Source: a virus
Reading direction: 5' to 3' (one strand)
IMG/VR virus record: IMGVR_UViG_3300030047_000014
Span: 56,748 to 120,747 of that record
Length of the DNA: 64,000 nucleotides
Made by a program: the position numbers and the translations under genes. Under the pieces are notes generated by a model that saw only the letters and a list, made by a program, of their open reading frames with translations, did no database searches and had not been told where the DNA came from. The first letter of the stretch is position 1. Each line of letters starts with the position of its first letter. Below are positions 32,101-41,655 of this stretch, piece by piece.

Positions 32101-35100
32101 AGCTCTTACTACACGTGGATCCCAGATTACAAAACTTGTAACTATGGACTTTATGGAAGCAGGTGTTCCACTTGATTTTGATAAAGAAAGTAGTTTCTTA
32201 AATAGATATAAGGCTTGGTATAAACTATCTGAAGATCAGAAATTAGCAACTTCTCCTTTATATAAAGATATAATGAATAATCAGGATCTCCTTGAGTTAA
32301 TGATGGAGCATGGTTATCAAACTCTTCTTAATAGGTTGGGTATCAAGGAAAGTAATGGTAAATTTAGTATTGAAGATTTATCCGATGCTGTTTCTACTCT
32401 TAGGGAGGAAGTATTAAAAAGAGAAGTAAATGACAACATTAGTGATGCTCTTACAGGTTTCTTGGAGGGTCAGTCTATTCTTGAGGCTACTCCTGCGTAT
32501 CAGCAGATAAGGAATATTCTTTATTCAATTGCTGATAAAGAGATTATATCCCCTAAAATTAGTGGAGGTATGAAAGTACAAATTCCTTCTACAATGATGG
32601 AATCTGTTAGAGCAGAAGAAACTACTATTAATGGTAAGAGAGGATTTACCTCTGACTTCCTAAACTTCTATAAAGATGAAGATGGAAAGAGAGTATGTGA
32701 AATAATGATAGGTAGATGGTTTAAGAGTAGTATGTCTGATGCTGAGTTACTTGACTATTTGAATAACTCAGAAGAAGGTAAATCTATTCTATCTGGTTTA
32801 GGATTTCGTATTCCTACCCAGAAACAGAACTCAATCGATAATTTTGTTATTAAACAATTCCTTCCTAAAGAGTTTGGTGATTCTGTTGTTATACCTGCAG
32901 CACTTGTACAGAAAGCAGGATCTGACTTTGACATTGATAAATTATCAGTCTACTTAAAAAACATCTTCAAAGATGTCAATGGAGACATTAGATTAGTTTC
33001 ATACAAAGGATCTGAGAAAGCTACTAAGGATTATTATAGTGAAGTATTCTCGGATAAAATTGAGAAACAAATAGAAAACCTTGAGAAACAGGATGATAAG
33101 AATGACATGATAATGGATGTCATGAGTAAGCTAGAAACTCTTCCAGATATCACTATATCTTCAGCTAAAGCTGTATTGGGTAAAGAGGAATATCATTTCT
33201 ATGCTAATAACTTAGATCTACTTTATGATATACTTGAAAGAGCTGATGAACAGGAGATTTCTGGTACTGAGTATATTCAGGGCAGATTAAATGAGTCTGG
33301 TGAGAAGAAAGCAGAATTATTTACAAAACTATTACTTGAGGATTTAAGAAAAGGGTACATAGATAGGATGTATAAAAAATCCTTAGAGAATGCTTATATT
33401 CAATCCTCTCAGAATCTCGTATCTCATAAGCTTAATTTTGACAAGCTTATTAAACCTAACTCTGCAGACCAAATGAAGAAATTATCAGCAGAGATTGCAA
33501 AGAAGACTCTAGGTTCTACTTTTGATTATAATGATGTAGGTAATATGCTAGATAGGGGATTTATGTCCAGACTTAGACATGCTTTTGTATCTGGTAAGTA
33601 TGCTATTGGTATAGCCGCTGTAAATCAGACTAATCATTCCCTGAATCAAAGACAACCTATCTACATTGATAAAAATAGATTCAATAAGCTTAGTGAGGAA
33701 GATAAGTACTGGTTAGTAGATGGTGAAGTAAGATTTGATAAATTTAATAGAATTGAAGTTAATGGTAAGATAGTACCTACATTATCTATGATTAAGAATG
33801 TAGATGGTCAGTATATATCTGATATCATCTCTCAGTTTATTGATGGATATGTGGATATTGCTAAAGGTCCTTGGATTATGGAATTAGGAGCTACACCTAA
33901 TGTTGCTTCAACCTTTATGTTCCTGGCTAAATTAGGAGTTCCTATTGATACTGTATCTTATTTTATGAATCAACCTATTATTCGTGATTATCTATCTAAG
34001 ATTAGTAATGCAGGGTACTCATGGTTATTCATTGATAATTTCGTTGAGGAGTTAAAACAAGATGCTAAATGGTCTGTTGATGATCGTAAGGAAGCTGATT
34101 TAGAAACAGTTGGATTTAAAGGGATGGGTTTAAATCAAATTCCTAGTAAATCTACATTAAAAAATAATATTGGGAAAGAGGATTTTAATGCACAGGAGAG
34201 ATTAGAACAACGCTTTATTCTTCAGGAATTTCTAAAGTATGCTAAGATGGCTGAGCATATGTTCTTGGTTACACAGGGATCTAATTTTGATACTGCTAAC
34301 TTCAACGATCCATATCTTGTATTTAAGAAATTTAAACAGTTAGAGAAGGCTCAGAATACAATCATTAGTGATGTGAATACTCTTTTGAATAACTCTTTCG
34401 TAGGACAGCTTAGTGAGACTATTAAGAAAACAAGAAATGCTTTGGCTACTATTCTTAAATCAGATCAGGATAATGTTAGAAGAGTTATTCAGAAAGTATT
34501 GGAGCCTTATGTCAATATGAACAATAATGACTTTGTTAAACTTGCTCAGAAGGCTGTTAATGATTTATTTGACTGGGCTGTTCAAACAGGAGATGAGAAG
34601 TTAAATGCTGATATTCGTAATGTATTGATTACTAATGGTGGTGTGGGTGCAGAAGTTATGGAGTTTGTAAATAGTATTAAAGTTAATTCTTCTCATCCTC
34701 TGCATGATAATCATGTCATTAATATTATACAGGCAATACCATCACCAAGGGCAGAACAAGGAGGAGTTAATAATCTGAAAGTAAAAGGTACAGACAATAA
34801 GGTTTATGACCAGAATAATATTATATATGGGTTTAGAGAGATAAGAGAGTATTTAAAAGACAAAAATAGTAAGTTATATGATAGGATTAAATTACTTGCT
34901 GTATTACAGAGTGGTTTGTCTAATTCAGCTATTTCCTTTACCTCACTTCTACCATATGAAGATTTTGCAGAATTATATAATAAAACTTTGTCTAGTTTAG
35001 AGAAACTTCCTAATTTAGAGGAGTTTTTCAAGCTTGGTGTGTTTGAGAGAAATAATTGGAATAATGATGATATAATCCCATATACTAAAGCCAGAATAAT

Positions 35101-35809
35101 TAAAACAGCAAGTAGATCCTATTATAATCCTGCGATGGAATTTCTGGATAAAAATGTAAAAGAAGCTGTAAGGAATAAAAAAATTCCTCCAGTAATGACT
35201 TTATCTACTCGTAATAGGGAAGCTAATTCTGATCATATAGTATTTACATGGGAGAAACAAGAAGACTTACTAACTGAAGCTGAAAAGTCAGAAGCTAATA
35301 AGAATAGAACTTCTTTCTATAAAGCTGTACAACAGAAGAAATTAAATATGAGGAAGATAGGAGATTACTCTTTTATACAGAAGGGCTTATTCAAGAAAAT
35401 ATATGATAACTTTGGAACTGCTCTTCAGACTACAGATAAAAAAGGTACTCCTTATTTTGTATACAAGGCTATTAATGCCTGGGGAGATAGTTATAGAGCT
35501 AATGAATTCTATACAACTGATCATCATTCTGTAATTGAGAATGGTTTTATTAAGGTGGAAGATGTTGATAATAATAGGATTATAGATTTATTTAATAAAG
35601 AAGAAAAAACAACTGCAGTATCTTCTTTAAAAAGAAATGAGTTATTAGAAGATTATTCTCAGAAAACAGGAGAGATTCTTGGAGTAGTACCTATAAAAAC
35701 TCTTAAAGATGGTAAAACATATACGTTTGCTCAAATAAATAGTAAGATGCTTGAGGAGATGAAATATACTCCTAATCAAATAGGTGAAATTTTAAAATCA
35801 ATCTGTTAA
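23123..35809 (+). CDS. Virion-packaged single-chain DNA-dependent RNA polymerase (crAss-like) with fused zincin-like domain
   Basis: 4228 aa; GSDFDIDKL catalytic motif (DFDID as in phi14:2 gp66), GFRIPTQ, ETDGAG; HEVFH (HExxH); N-terminal hydrophobic Gly/Ala helices and long coiled coil. Confidence 0.9.
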   Translation: MPINDLSPLTENILPTSRPQSVGNSIPNPYMEGSGNGDSGSKRPDYLPPLASGKDEMPITATSGQLHDARKFSVFDPTKTENEFAYGQGFVSKMVSGVGKGLLLTGTTFLQTTAGLINGLYQWNKTGKASSFYDNPLNKWVDDVNAEAENRLPNLYTNIEKDANWYSPKYLLTGNFLWDGIVKNLGFSAGAALSGMAFAGALRALPLTSKLFSIGKGAEALAATEEGVSASTAAGNAAETYGKIKEQSDKFLGSFKLLNPGGRALIAGLSTSGEASFESYQNLNQFRNDEIKKYQDTHDGEKPTGEDLKKINDNAEHVGNVSYLSNVALLSVTNYIQFPKILGSSYKAEKGMINSLTKETGDIIGTEGKYLVKPAGNKILSTLNKIRPYTFSTSEGFEEGAQYVIQEGTQNYYDKKYNNTPTDFLTSLLEGVKKTVGTNEGMKNILIGGLSGSIMMGRGRFRENSEKDRNTQEAVTAFNKTKFSDFTQETLDAVNRGTTLQEEREAALKSGDILNSKDKEADYIINYLTPRIKYGRFDLIKSDISDYKQLASTDEGFAQLQSEGKALTTDTKEAYIQRLSALEATAENVKSLYQSLNLRYGAQIDEKGKPIYSPAVMDKMVYAASKVADYDKRIPELTNTLIQSNIDVNAVVKDVLLGKSDSFNEAMDSISKMDILDEEKTSLSEALEDISELSLRRNKFLKEYTEIKNNPKKYQEQKAEDIQPPVGEENRIIAIKTKTGDKELTIGKEYFIGKGFDYDKDGLETPVTISKLTILSENEDGTIKVKGNNGKVMDISKDQLLDYKVTPAEQLKANKTANYFFNHRNELFEINLGKKYGGKKTGRIEFKEGKLFIVYKGVNGKLIHKEINNSFFVPQKEYNEPRIRITGKIETAEQKVAREEFTSAKELEAQKQTASQNRDTRIEILTQLFDDISTKQEDTNKLLTQKKSELTNIKEELSKLEENILNTQNDVDKRFKKVTFRATTRKALATASRLSRMQDQLEKEIKDLETQREELDIDLSYISDMAQNIDELPTDSKEFLNELKSHKALLEDMLLNTEIQIEETNNIISKVKAALDSAMDFLSDVIGKFQQKFPKVPLALGSEWIEFLKNNPNFLKRKPNYKEELQQLDDLVAQVEDMDIIPGERTIKELNEKLAELQEALSPLERELKASNVILDRFREIAKKSREVKAEEKAMSVKDEFLKKALGTDKSGIQNREFDKDYEPEAKKPTEFIWRSTITTGDKPHAIRSNKFGANLNSFPNRDKIRGVYITFKNEDQILPGLIDHLRTDENGNVDNSINREDVIVLVMTDEDGNLIDENGKLVQNNADKLNTAIYQVFPEAKLAWSEKYGNASMFRKDTPQDVVDSVKKQYADWRKDILENTTDLSNSHTIDASFGFPEYETELDENQVPQRIYSTKTSVQEAGLVTEDELEASPVITIPTTNSIVGKGTVSFTNAIGKVFLELKNGLIPLQNRKHTSEEAELIYQSIYHLAKNMLKGELKSDASENLFNYLRSVVYWGIPTDQQGNRKETKGYNSIFWEKDPVSGKFMLSMSGKGMNFVFTPSALEQYKADIIAMLEGMYNNINSSMIKGNNAINEKYHEPLSINADGTFNTREWNNYQTYLLSSTTPDGKPRKNIPLTTLMKPLANKEDVNRKGIYFYTTDTADDIVLPTKKPLAASKMLPGKLQEALQKTQKFVLGRNNLNIFTTDAGKQLKFIVSEKVNANNFMQEISILQGGDLVELMDIIKKAGLDPAKVLKRRIFKALEPQLNDTNTEEKEDIFRVPDDEDDTKIPTQKDNRKTSNEDDEEMEVFHVPDDIDEDIKKALNRVSNDSDLAATRLVLKQMLDDYKEEDWTKIEQWLRNNFPNFPFYRVKNVIQVTNGRQAWGMFKQAALYVYQHAESGTSYHEVFHAVWRMFVGPDEQSAIEDEFTSRKGSFIDRATQKTIKYSDANAKEIDEKLAEEFRNYIQEGKIPGKPEKGRPFILKMFIDLVKFIKTFFVGNEGISNTENLFKHINEGYYKKVIPYTASLSLANKGIININNAIATTEDNLSVVSITDKQRSDIIQEMTYQTLKELIESDKSLFTVPNLKKSELYSRLKSKLLDTLSRDIKNSKKLIAKGEFTENQLAPLMYERLSLMQNVATQWDAIVAKHQEYLRGYSIEFDDNDSLQINDEDKIKNSDFVDATKIDSFKKANSAIKLLLATLPKVDGNNRLIPSSIGGAQLLPISQTYISLMNRLYNSKSIEDMMSRLKDMATNDVNYRTLYKRLTKSDWKTKGIDISKINTTYGAQLLGSFWKTFKKQNPDVKNVFIFENGEIVIGDSNLSSVASQLRNEYINDIILTAKKDNSYFKYDEKEKVFRGDAVAIKNVKLDTLTSYSEFLNKLGIVFTVPQIQKLGSHLKDFKETVSGIRASIAANEKIATFSGKVLNINGRLLELGIAKAVIDNPEFDSTFFNVTGERTQSFIGVNPADALYNFLSSIEKFDDANVLDSEYRYLKTDAFAKGSNILQRMFTSEGTRKHGSEDLMKVGYVSGTIDEKKGKQKASARLNYKERLIQEINLNLKGWYLNLVPADATMEWMLNTGNAISVASISKGLSDVNAIFKNYFISEMDLVKDNRKINSHRDAKEAKEMRFFKSILGEELHNKIVKDKRDSEEIYADYESKINSALEKYINNETSKFQKNLTTWGVLTEDDLGHTLENINLPENMSMEELVRQLKALTINFMISNIEMHKLLYADPYQYYQELKRIKNFNSPRQTLINNSPQMNAVFNSVWNENYKKGDIGYTNFRQDYFRSATHKDTFGVIDLLGYTDFEETDGAGIIGMRAYRQFRIRSGDWNDNEESQYRYDIAWEKRDKDFSLSASEVALLEKGNPAIQSAYVNIKPIVAGNRLNSKGNANDINDVLLDKFALYPLSYRIMKEINPNANAIKLYDKMQKEDIDYMVFEKSRVVGARDPHDTYNADGSFNTKPYSGENVINVPFSIMSVQSEVPSKEKALTTRGSQITKLVTMDFMEAGVPLDFDKESSFLNRYKAWYKLSEDQKLATSPLYKDIMNNQDLLELMMEHGYQTLLNRLGIKESNGKFSIEDLSDAVSTLREEVLKREVNDNISDALTGFLEGQSILEATPAYQQIRNILYSIADKEIISPKISGGMKVQIPSTMMESVRAEETTINGKRGFTSDFLNFYKDEDGKRVCEIMIGRWFKSSMSDAELLDYLNNSEEGKSILSGLGFRIPTQKQNSIDNFVIKQFLPKEFGDSVVIPAALVQKAGSDFDIDKLSVYLKNIFKDVNGDIRLVSYKGSEKATKDYYSEVFSDKIEKQIENLEKQDDKNDMIMDVMSKLETLPDITISSAKAVLGKEEYHFYANNLDLLYDILERADEQEISGTEYIQGRLNESGEKKAELFTKLLLEDLRKGYIDRMYKKSLENAYIQSSQNLVSHKLNFDKLIKPNSADQMKKLSAEIAKKTLGSTFDYNDVGNMLDRGFMSRLRHAFVSGKYAIGIAAVNQTNHSLNQRQPIYIDKNRFNKLSEEDKYWLVDGEVRFDKFNRIEVNGKIVPTLSMIKNVDGQYISDIISQFIDGYVDIAKGPWIMELGATPNVASTFMFLAKLGVPIDTVSYFMNQPIIRDYLSKISNAGYSWLFIDNFVEELKQDAKWSVDDRKEADLETVGFKGMGLNQIPSKSTLKNNIGKEDFNAQERLEQRFILQEFLKYAKMAEHMFLVTQGSNFDTANFNDPYLVFKKFKQLEKAQNTIISDVNTLLNNSFVGQLSETIKKTRNALATILKSDQDNVRRVIQKVLEPYVNMNNNDFVKLAQKAVNDLFDWAVQTGDEKLNADIRNVLITNGGVGAEVMEFVNSIKVNSSHPLHDNHVINIIQAIPSPRAEQGGVNNLKVKGTDNKVYDQNNIIYGFREIREYLKDKNSKLYDRIKLLAVLQSGLSNSAISFTSLLPYEDFAELYNKTLSSLEKLPNLEEFFKLGVFERNNWNNDDIIPYTKARIIKTASRSYYNPAMEFLDKNVKEAVRNKKIPPVMTLSTRNREANSDHIVFTWEKQEDLLTEAEKSEANKNRTSFYKAVQQKKLNMRKIGDYSFIQKGLFKKIYDNFGTALQTTDKKGTPYFVYKAINAWGDSYRANEFYTTDHHSVIENGFIKVEDVDNNRIIDLFNKEEKTTAVSSLKRNELLEDYSQKTGEILGVVPIKTLKDGKTYTFAQINSKMLEEMKYTPNQIGEILKSIC

Positions 35810-35811
35810 TC

Positions 35812-36531
35812 ATGGAAATCTGTAGAGAAATAAAGATTTATTCCTTATCTGATCCAGATACTAAAAAAATTAGATATGTTGGAAAGACTATTAGAAGTCT
35901 AGGAGTTAGATATTCTCAACATTTAAGTCAAGCTAAATACACTATTAAAAAGGATTATGCACATTGTTGGATAAAATCTTTATTAAATAAAAATAAAAAA
36001 CCTATTATAAATCTAATAGAGCTTTGTAAAGATATAAATAGAGAAGAATATTGGATAAACTACTATAGAAAACAAGATAAGATTTTAACTAACATTAATA
36101 GGGGAGGAGAACAAGATGGATCAGGAACAACAAGAACTGAAGAACAAAGAAGAAATATATCTGATGGAAAATTATCCTCTAGAAAATTTGAGATTTATGA
36201 ACTAGATGATCAAAAAAATATTATCAGGACTTGGTATAATTATCAACCTCTTAGTAAATATTTAGATTGCTCTTTAGCTCAAGTACACACTGCAATAAAA
36301 AGAAAAGTTAAAATATATAATAAATTTTTTCTTTTGAAAACAGATTATGAAAAGATTATTCCATTATTTATAGTACAAGATGTTTTAGAAAATCAAGTAC
36401 TTAAATTTTATAATTGGAAAGATATAATGAATTTTTTTAATCTAAATAGTCCTGGTACTATTGGAAAGAATTCAAATAAGAATAAAATATATAGAGACAG
36501 ATATATAATTACTCATAATAAAAAAATATAA
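35812..36531 (+). mobile_element. Free-standing GIY-YIG homing endonuclease
   Basis: KIYSL...RYVGKT...RYSQHL...REEYWI...LTNINRGG; NUMOD3-like RTEEQRRNIS. Confidence 0.8.
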
Positions 36532-36532
36532 A

Positions 36533-39500
36533 ATGGCTACTTGTCCTAACATCAATCATCCTGACTGGCAGAAACTTGTAGATATACATGGGACTAATCT
36601 TTCTTATTATCTTTGGGATAAACATGAAGGAGAAGTTCCAGAACAGGAATTCAGACCTTCTAAGTCTTCTCCAGAAACTCTTAACAAAGTAAAAGAAGTT
36701 GCTAAGAAAATGGGTGTGGATATTCAGAAGTTAACTGATTATGCTAAAAAAACAGGAGTGAGTCTTACATCTAATGATGTAAATGGTGTAGCTAATCTTG
36801 CTCTTGGAGTAATTGCTATTGCTGAGGGTAGAGAAGATATTGCTCTTACAGAGGAGGTTGTTCATATTGCTACTGCAATACTAGAACAAACCAATCCTAC
36901 TATGGTAACAGAAATGATATCCAAGATAGATAGGTTTGCTATATATAAACAAACTCTAAATGCTTATAAGGATGATAAAGACTATCAATTAGAAAATGGT
37001 AAGCCTAATATTCGACTTATAAAAAAAGAAGCTGTTGATAAACTTATTGCTGAACTTATTGTGAATCAATCAGAAGGATCAACTGAGTTTCCTGAGTTAA
37101 TGCAGGAGGTTAACAGATCTGTTATTAGAACATGGTGGAATGCTATCTTAGATACTATACGTGGTATTTATAAAAAAGCTAACATAGATATATTTGGACA
37201 AGTTGCTAATAAAATTCTATCTAATAATGTAGAAGGTAATATAGAAGATCTAAATTCTGATAATGTATTATATCAATTATCTAAACCTCAATTAGATATA
37301 CAAGCAAAACTTCAAAATACTAAGAATACTATAAGAAAAGTAGAATCTACTGAATCTGTAGATCCTATGTTCATGGATACAGAGGAAGCTAATAACTGGT
37401 ATGAAATACAGCAACCAGATGGAACATGGGAAAGAATTAAGAAACGTGTAACAGATAGAGTTAAGGCTTGGTATAAACAAAGATTTCCTGGGAAGACATT
37501 TACTCCTGAAGAAAAAGCATTTAATGAGTTTAAAAGACAATTAGGTGTACAAGGTCATGCTTACTTTGAAGAGATACATAGTAGATACTTTAATGATGAT
37601 GGTACTAGAAAAGTTACTATACAACCACGCTCTGTAAAGTTATCTCCTTCTGATGAAGACATCTATGATAAATTGGAAGCCTATTACTCAGATTTAATTA
37701 ATAAGTATTCTAAAGATGGTAAGACTCCTTTAGTATTCTCTGAAGTAAAGGTATATGATCCTAAGGAAAAGGAAGCAGGAACCATAGATTTACTTATTAT
37801 AGAGGAATCAGGTAAAGCTCATATTATAGACTGGAAATTTATGAGTATTGGTAATGATGCTAAAGATATTGCCTGGTACAAACAGGGTGCTTATAATATT
37901 CAGTTAGGAAGATACAAGGATATTCTTATACAACGTTATGGTATAAAGGAGATTGGTATGAATAGAGCTATTCCTATCCTTATGGATTTGAAGAAGGAAA
38001 ATCCTAAAGACTTGAAATCTCATAAAATGGTATTGAAAGGAATAGCTATTGGTACTGTTGATACATCTAAGATTGAGGATATAAGATTGATGCCAGTATC
38101 AGAGCAAATAGAAACTACAGGTGAAAAAGCTCTTGATAAGCTTCTTGTAAAACTTAATTCTGTTTACAAACAGATTAATAAGAAGACAGCCACTAGTGAT
38201 GAGGAAAGAGAATTTAAATCTGAACGTCTGAATATAATTAAGAGAACCATTCGTTTAGCTCAAGGTAGTCAGAATATTGCTCCCTTGGTAGAAGTTATTC
38301 ATAGTATGAGACAAGAAGGTCAAATGATTATGGATGATTATAACACTATATATAAGAATGCATCTGATATTGGTTCTTTCTCTGAAAGACAATTATCAGA
38401 TTTTGCTGAAGAGATTAGGGAGTATCTTGCAGTAGCAGAGGTATTTGGAGAAGTTCCAGATACAATAGGGAAGTTAGTTTATGATCCTAAGATGGAGAAT
38501 GATGCTACTACTGAAGAAGAAGTAGAAGAGCTTGCAGGGCGTAAGTTGGTTCTTAATAATATTAAGGATGAAGCAGAAATGATCAGAGCTTCCAGAAGAG
38601 AATTAGATGAAGCTTCAAAGGAATTTGCTGATAAGTTTATAGGAGAACGTAATTTAGTGACAGGTCTTCTTAATTCAGAAGCTGTTATAAAAGGGCTTGC
38701 TGCTACATTCAGAGGTATATCAGAATTACCTTCTGCTTCTTTGAAAGTACTATTTAAGATAGTAGAAAATGCAAAATCAATTGCTTCACAAACTGCTCTA
38801 AAAGAAGTTGATGAACTTCTTGAGATAAGAAAAAGATTATCAGATAGAGGAGGAGATTTAAGAAAGATAGTCCAACAGATCTATCAAAAAGATGATAAAG
38901 ATAAGATAACCAATAAGTTAATCTATAAATATAGCAAGGATTTCTTTACTACTATTGATGAGAATGCTAAATCAGATACTCCTAGTATGCAGATATTAAG
39001 GGATAGCATTGATGTTGAGGCTTATAAAGCAGAAGCTATTAAGCATATGGAGGAGAGAATTGCTTACGTAGAGAAAAAACATAGCGAAGATGATGAAACC
39101 TTAGATAGACTTATTGCTGAGGAAAGACATAAATGGGATATAGATAATAAGGCTTTTAATGGTTGGAATAACTATATTCTTAAAAGACACCCAAAAGAAG
39201 CATGGTTATCTAAAGAGTACAAAGAATTATCAAAAGATAAGGATCTTCTAGAGTTATATAATTTTATTTCTGGAGTAAATAAGAAAGCTACAGAAGCGGG
39301 TTATTTACAAAACAAAGGAGCATCTACCTTTCTTCCATTTGTAAGAAAGAGTATGGCAGAGAGTATTGCCTGGGATTTTAGTCTTACTACCATTAAGAAT
39401 TGGGGAGATAGTTTTAAAGGTAGAGCTGATGATGTAGGTTATGGTTCTATAAATGAACTCACTGGAGAAATGGAACATTCTATTCCTAAATATTATACAT

Positions 39501-41404
39501 CTGATTTTTCTACAAAAGAAGATGGAACTCATGATTATAGTGATGTAAGTGAGGACCTCTTTAAGAATATGATTCTATACATTAACCACGTAGAGAAATA
39601 TAAACATCTATCTGATGTTGAAGGTCAGTTACAATTGGTTAAAACTATTGAAACTTTTAAAGGTCATTTAAATACAAGTAGAAATGGTGATGTAATATTT
39701 GAAGATAACAATCCAAAAGAGTTCATTGGTAATGAAGAGAATGCAAAATTATTTGATGATTTCTTAAGAGCCTTATTATATGAGCAGAAATATCCTTTAT
39801 CAAGTAGTGATATTCCTTTAGGTGTTGGAAAGGTTATGAACTTTATGAAACAAGCTGTTAACAATGTAGCTGGTTCAGAAGTTTTTACAATTAATGATAA
39901 TCCTTCAGCATTATCTCTTGTTAAGACAATGGATAGTGCAAATAGATGGTTTCAGGTTAAAACACTAGGATTTGAATTTATATCAGGAGCTGTAAATATA
40001 TTTGGAGGAAACATTCAGGTAGCTACACAAGCAGGTAATTATTTTAAAACTAGAGAATTCTTGGCAAATGAGTCTAAACTAATTGGTAATAGCTTTAGAA
40101 ATGATGATGAGAGAAAGATGTTCATGCAACTCGTAGATAAATTCATGCCTTTAAAAGATGATCCTACCTATGAAAAAATAAATAAAGCAGGAATGTCTGT
40201 ACTTACTCAGCATAATTTCGTAGACTGGCTAATGGTTGCTATGAGAAAACCTGAAGAACATCTTGAGAAATCTGTATTTCTAACTCTTCTTGATAATACT
40301 ATGGTTGAGGATGGAAGACTTATAAGTATTAGAGAATATGTCAAAAGTAAACACCCTGAGAGATTCACATCCGCTACTGTATATAAAGGAACTTCTATTG
40401 AGATGAATAATGAAATAGAGGAACTAAAGAAAACAAGGTCTATTAGTGCTATTAAGAAGATGGAAGAGGGTAAATTAGTAATACCTGGATTTGATCTGGA
40501 CAATACAAAAGAGACTCAACGACTTACTAATCTTACCAGAATGATATCAAGAAATGCAACAGGTGCATTGTCTAATTCTGATCTTAATAGAATGGGAATG
40601 AATATCTGGACTAAGAGTATGATGGTATTCAAAAATTGGATACCTAAACTTGTTGATACTCGTTTCTCTGAGTTTAGAAAAATTAGTGATGATTTCTCTG
40701 TAGTTATTGGAGAAAATGGTTTAACAACAGGTGAAAAATATGATATAGGAAGAATTCGACTATGGGGATATGTAATAGGTACATCTATAAGAGATAAAAC
40801 TTCTAATCTATATAATATTATTAGTCTGAATGACAAGGGGTTACTAGCATTAGATAAAATGTATGAGGATTTTGGTGAGAAGTATAAATTAAGAACTGGA
40901 CAAGAATTAAATATGTCTAAAGAAGATTTTATAGATCTCATCAGAACTAATTTACAGAATCAGGTAAAGGAATTAGCAATGCTTCTTTCTTTATTTGGTG
41001 CAATGATGGCTTTAGGCTTAATGGTTCCTGATGATGATGATGATAAGGCTATTAAGAATTTCTATCGTTATTCTCAAAGAGTAGTAGATAAATTCATTAC
41101 TGAGCTCTCATTCTTCTATAATCCTGCAGAGTTCCAAAGAATACTAAGTGGTAGTGTATTTCCTGCTATTGGTATCTTTACAGATGTTGAGAAATTCATA
41201 TCTAATTTTATGATGGAAACAACAGGAATGGATATTACTAACTCTGCACTGACACCTGAAGAAGTAATGAAGAAAGCACAACCAGTTAAGTACCTTGCTA
41301 AGATGTTTCCTATAACTAAATCAGTTATTACATATATGTCTTTGTTTGATTCTGATTTTGCTAAGGAATATAATATTACAGTACAGAAACAGATTAATAG
41401 ATAA
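36533..41404 (+). CDS. Large cargo protein with degenerate zincin and PD-(D/E)XK nuclease domains
   Basis: LTEEVVHIA (EExxH); GVQGH...SEVKV...AGTIDLL...IIDWKF...YNIQLGRY; hydrophobic helix near the C-terminus. Confidence 0.75.
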   Translation: MATCPNINHPDWQKLVDIHGTNLSYYLWDKHEGEVPEQEFRPSKSSPETLNKVKEVAKKMGVDIQKLTDYAKKTGVSLTSNDVNGVANLALGVIAIAEGREDIALTEEVVHIATAILEQTNPTMVTEMISKIDRFAIYKQTLNAYKDDKDYQLENGKPNIRLIKKEAVDKLIAELIVNQSEGSTEFPELMQEVNRSVIRTWWNAILDTIRGIYKKANIDIFGQVANKILSNNVEGNIEDLNSDNVLYQLSKPQLDIQAKLQNTKNTIRKVESTESVDPMFMDTEEANNWYEIQQPDGTWERIKKRVTDRVKAWYKQRFPGKTFTPEEKAFNEFKRQLGVQGHAYFEEIHSRYFNDDGTRKVTIQPRSVKLSPSDEDIYDKLEAYYSDLINKYSKDGKTPLVFSEVKVYDPKEKEAGTIDLLIIEESGKAHIIDWKFMSIGNDAKDIAWYKQGAYNIQLGRYKDILIQRYGIKEIGMNRAIPILMDLKKENPKDLKSHKMVLKGIAIGTVDTSKIEDIRLMPVSEQIETTGEKALDKLLVKLNSVYKQINKKTATSDEEREFKSERLNIIKRTIRLAQGSQNIAPLVEVIHSMRQEGQMIMDDYNTIYKNASDIGSFSERQLSDFAEEIREYLAVAEVFGEVPDTIGKLVYDPKMENDATTEEEVEELAGRKLVLNNIKDEAEMIRASRRELDEASKEFADKFIGERNLVTGLLNSEAVIKGLAATFRGISELPSASLKVLFKIVENAKSIASQTALKEVDELLEIRKRLSDRGGDLRKIVQQIYQKDDKDKITNKLIYKYSKDFFTTIDENAKSDTPSMQILRDSIDVEAYKAEAIKHMEERIAYVEKKHSEDDETLDRLIAEERHKWDIDNKAFNGWNNYILKRHPKEAWLSKEYKELSKDKDLLELYNFISGVNKKATEAGYLQNKGASTFLPFVRKSMAESIAWDFSLTTIKNWGDSFKGRADDVGYGSINELTGEMEHSIPKYYTSDFSTKEDGTHDYSDVSEDLFKNMILYINHVEKYKHLSDVEGQLQLVKTIETFKGHLNTSRNGDVIFEDNNPKEFIGNEENAKLFDDFLRALLYEQKYPLSSSDIPLGVGKVMNFMKQAVNNVAGSEVFTINDNPSALSLVKTMDSANRWFQVKTLGFEFISGAVNIFGGNIQVATQAGNYFKTREFLANESKLIGNSFRNDDERKMFMQLVDKFMPLKDDPTYEKINKAGMSVLTQHNFVDWLMVAMRKPEEHLEKSVFLTLLDNTMVEDGRLISIREYVKSKHPERFTSATVYKGTSIEMNNEIEELKKTRSISAIKKMEEGKLVIPGFDLDNTKETQRLTNLTRMISRNATGALSNSDLNRMGMNIWTKSMMVFKNWIPKLVDTRFSEFRKISDDFSVVIGENGLTTGEKYDIGRIRLWGYVIGTSIRDKTSNLYNIISLNDKGLLALDKMYEDFGEKYKLRTGQELNMSKEDFIDLIRTNLQNQVKELAMLLSLFGAMMALGLMVPDDDDDKAIKNFYRYSQRVVDKFITELSFFYNPAEFQRILSGSVFPAIGIFTDVEKFISNFMMETTGMDITNSALTPEEVMKKAQPVKYLAKMFPITKSVITYMSLFDSDFAKEYNITVQKQINR

Positions 41405-41460
41405 TTGCTATATTATGGCATTTATTTTATCTTTTTTTTCTTACAATAGTGTTTAATAAT

Positions 41461-41468
41461 TAAATTTG
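41461..41468 (+). promoter_or_regulatory. Bacteroidota -7 promoter element
   Basis: TAAATTTG just upstream of the fibre gene block; no clear -33 box. Confidence 0.35.
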
Positions 41469-41474
41469 TATATT

Positions 41475-41645
41475 ATGAGAACAGCTAGAATTTGCCCAAC
41501 ATGCCCAGAATATCTGAATGCTAAATGCAGTCTCTATAATGGCGAATATTTATCTGCATTAGATGTACATCCTGGCGAATCAATAGAGGATATACTTGTT
41601 AAAATAAATGCATTAATAGCTACATTACTTCCACCTACTACATAA
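41475..41645 (+). CDS. 56-aa stand-alone Cys docking-module protein (not in ORF track)
   Basis: [56 protein letters not shown]; paralogous to the N-termini of the next two genes. Confidence 0.75.
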   Translation: MRTARICPTCPEYLNAKCSLYNGEYLSALDVHPGESIEDILVKINALIATLLPPTT

Positions 41646-41655
41646 TATTATCATC

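Noticed and set aside
7086-40941. Numerous 60-140 aa ORFs nested in the large genes
   Set aside because: No motifs, fully overlapped by well-supported genes, expected by chance.
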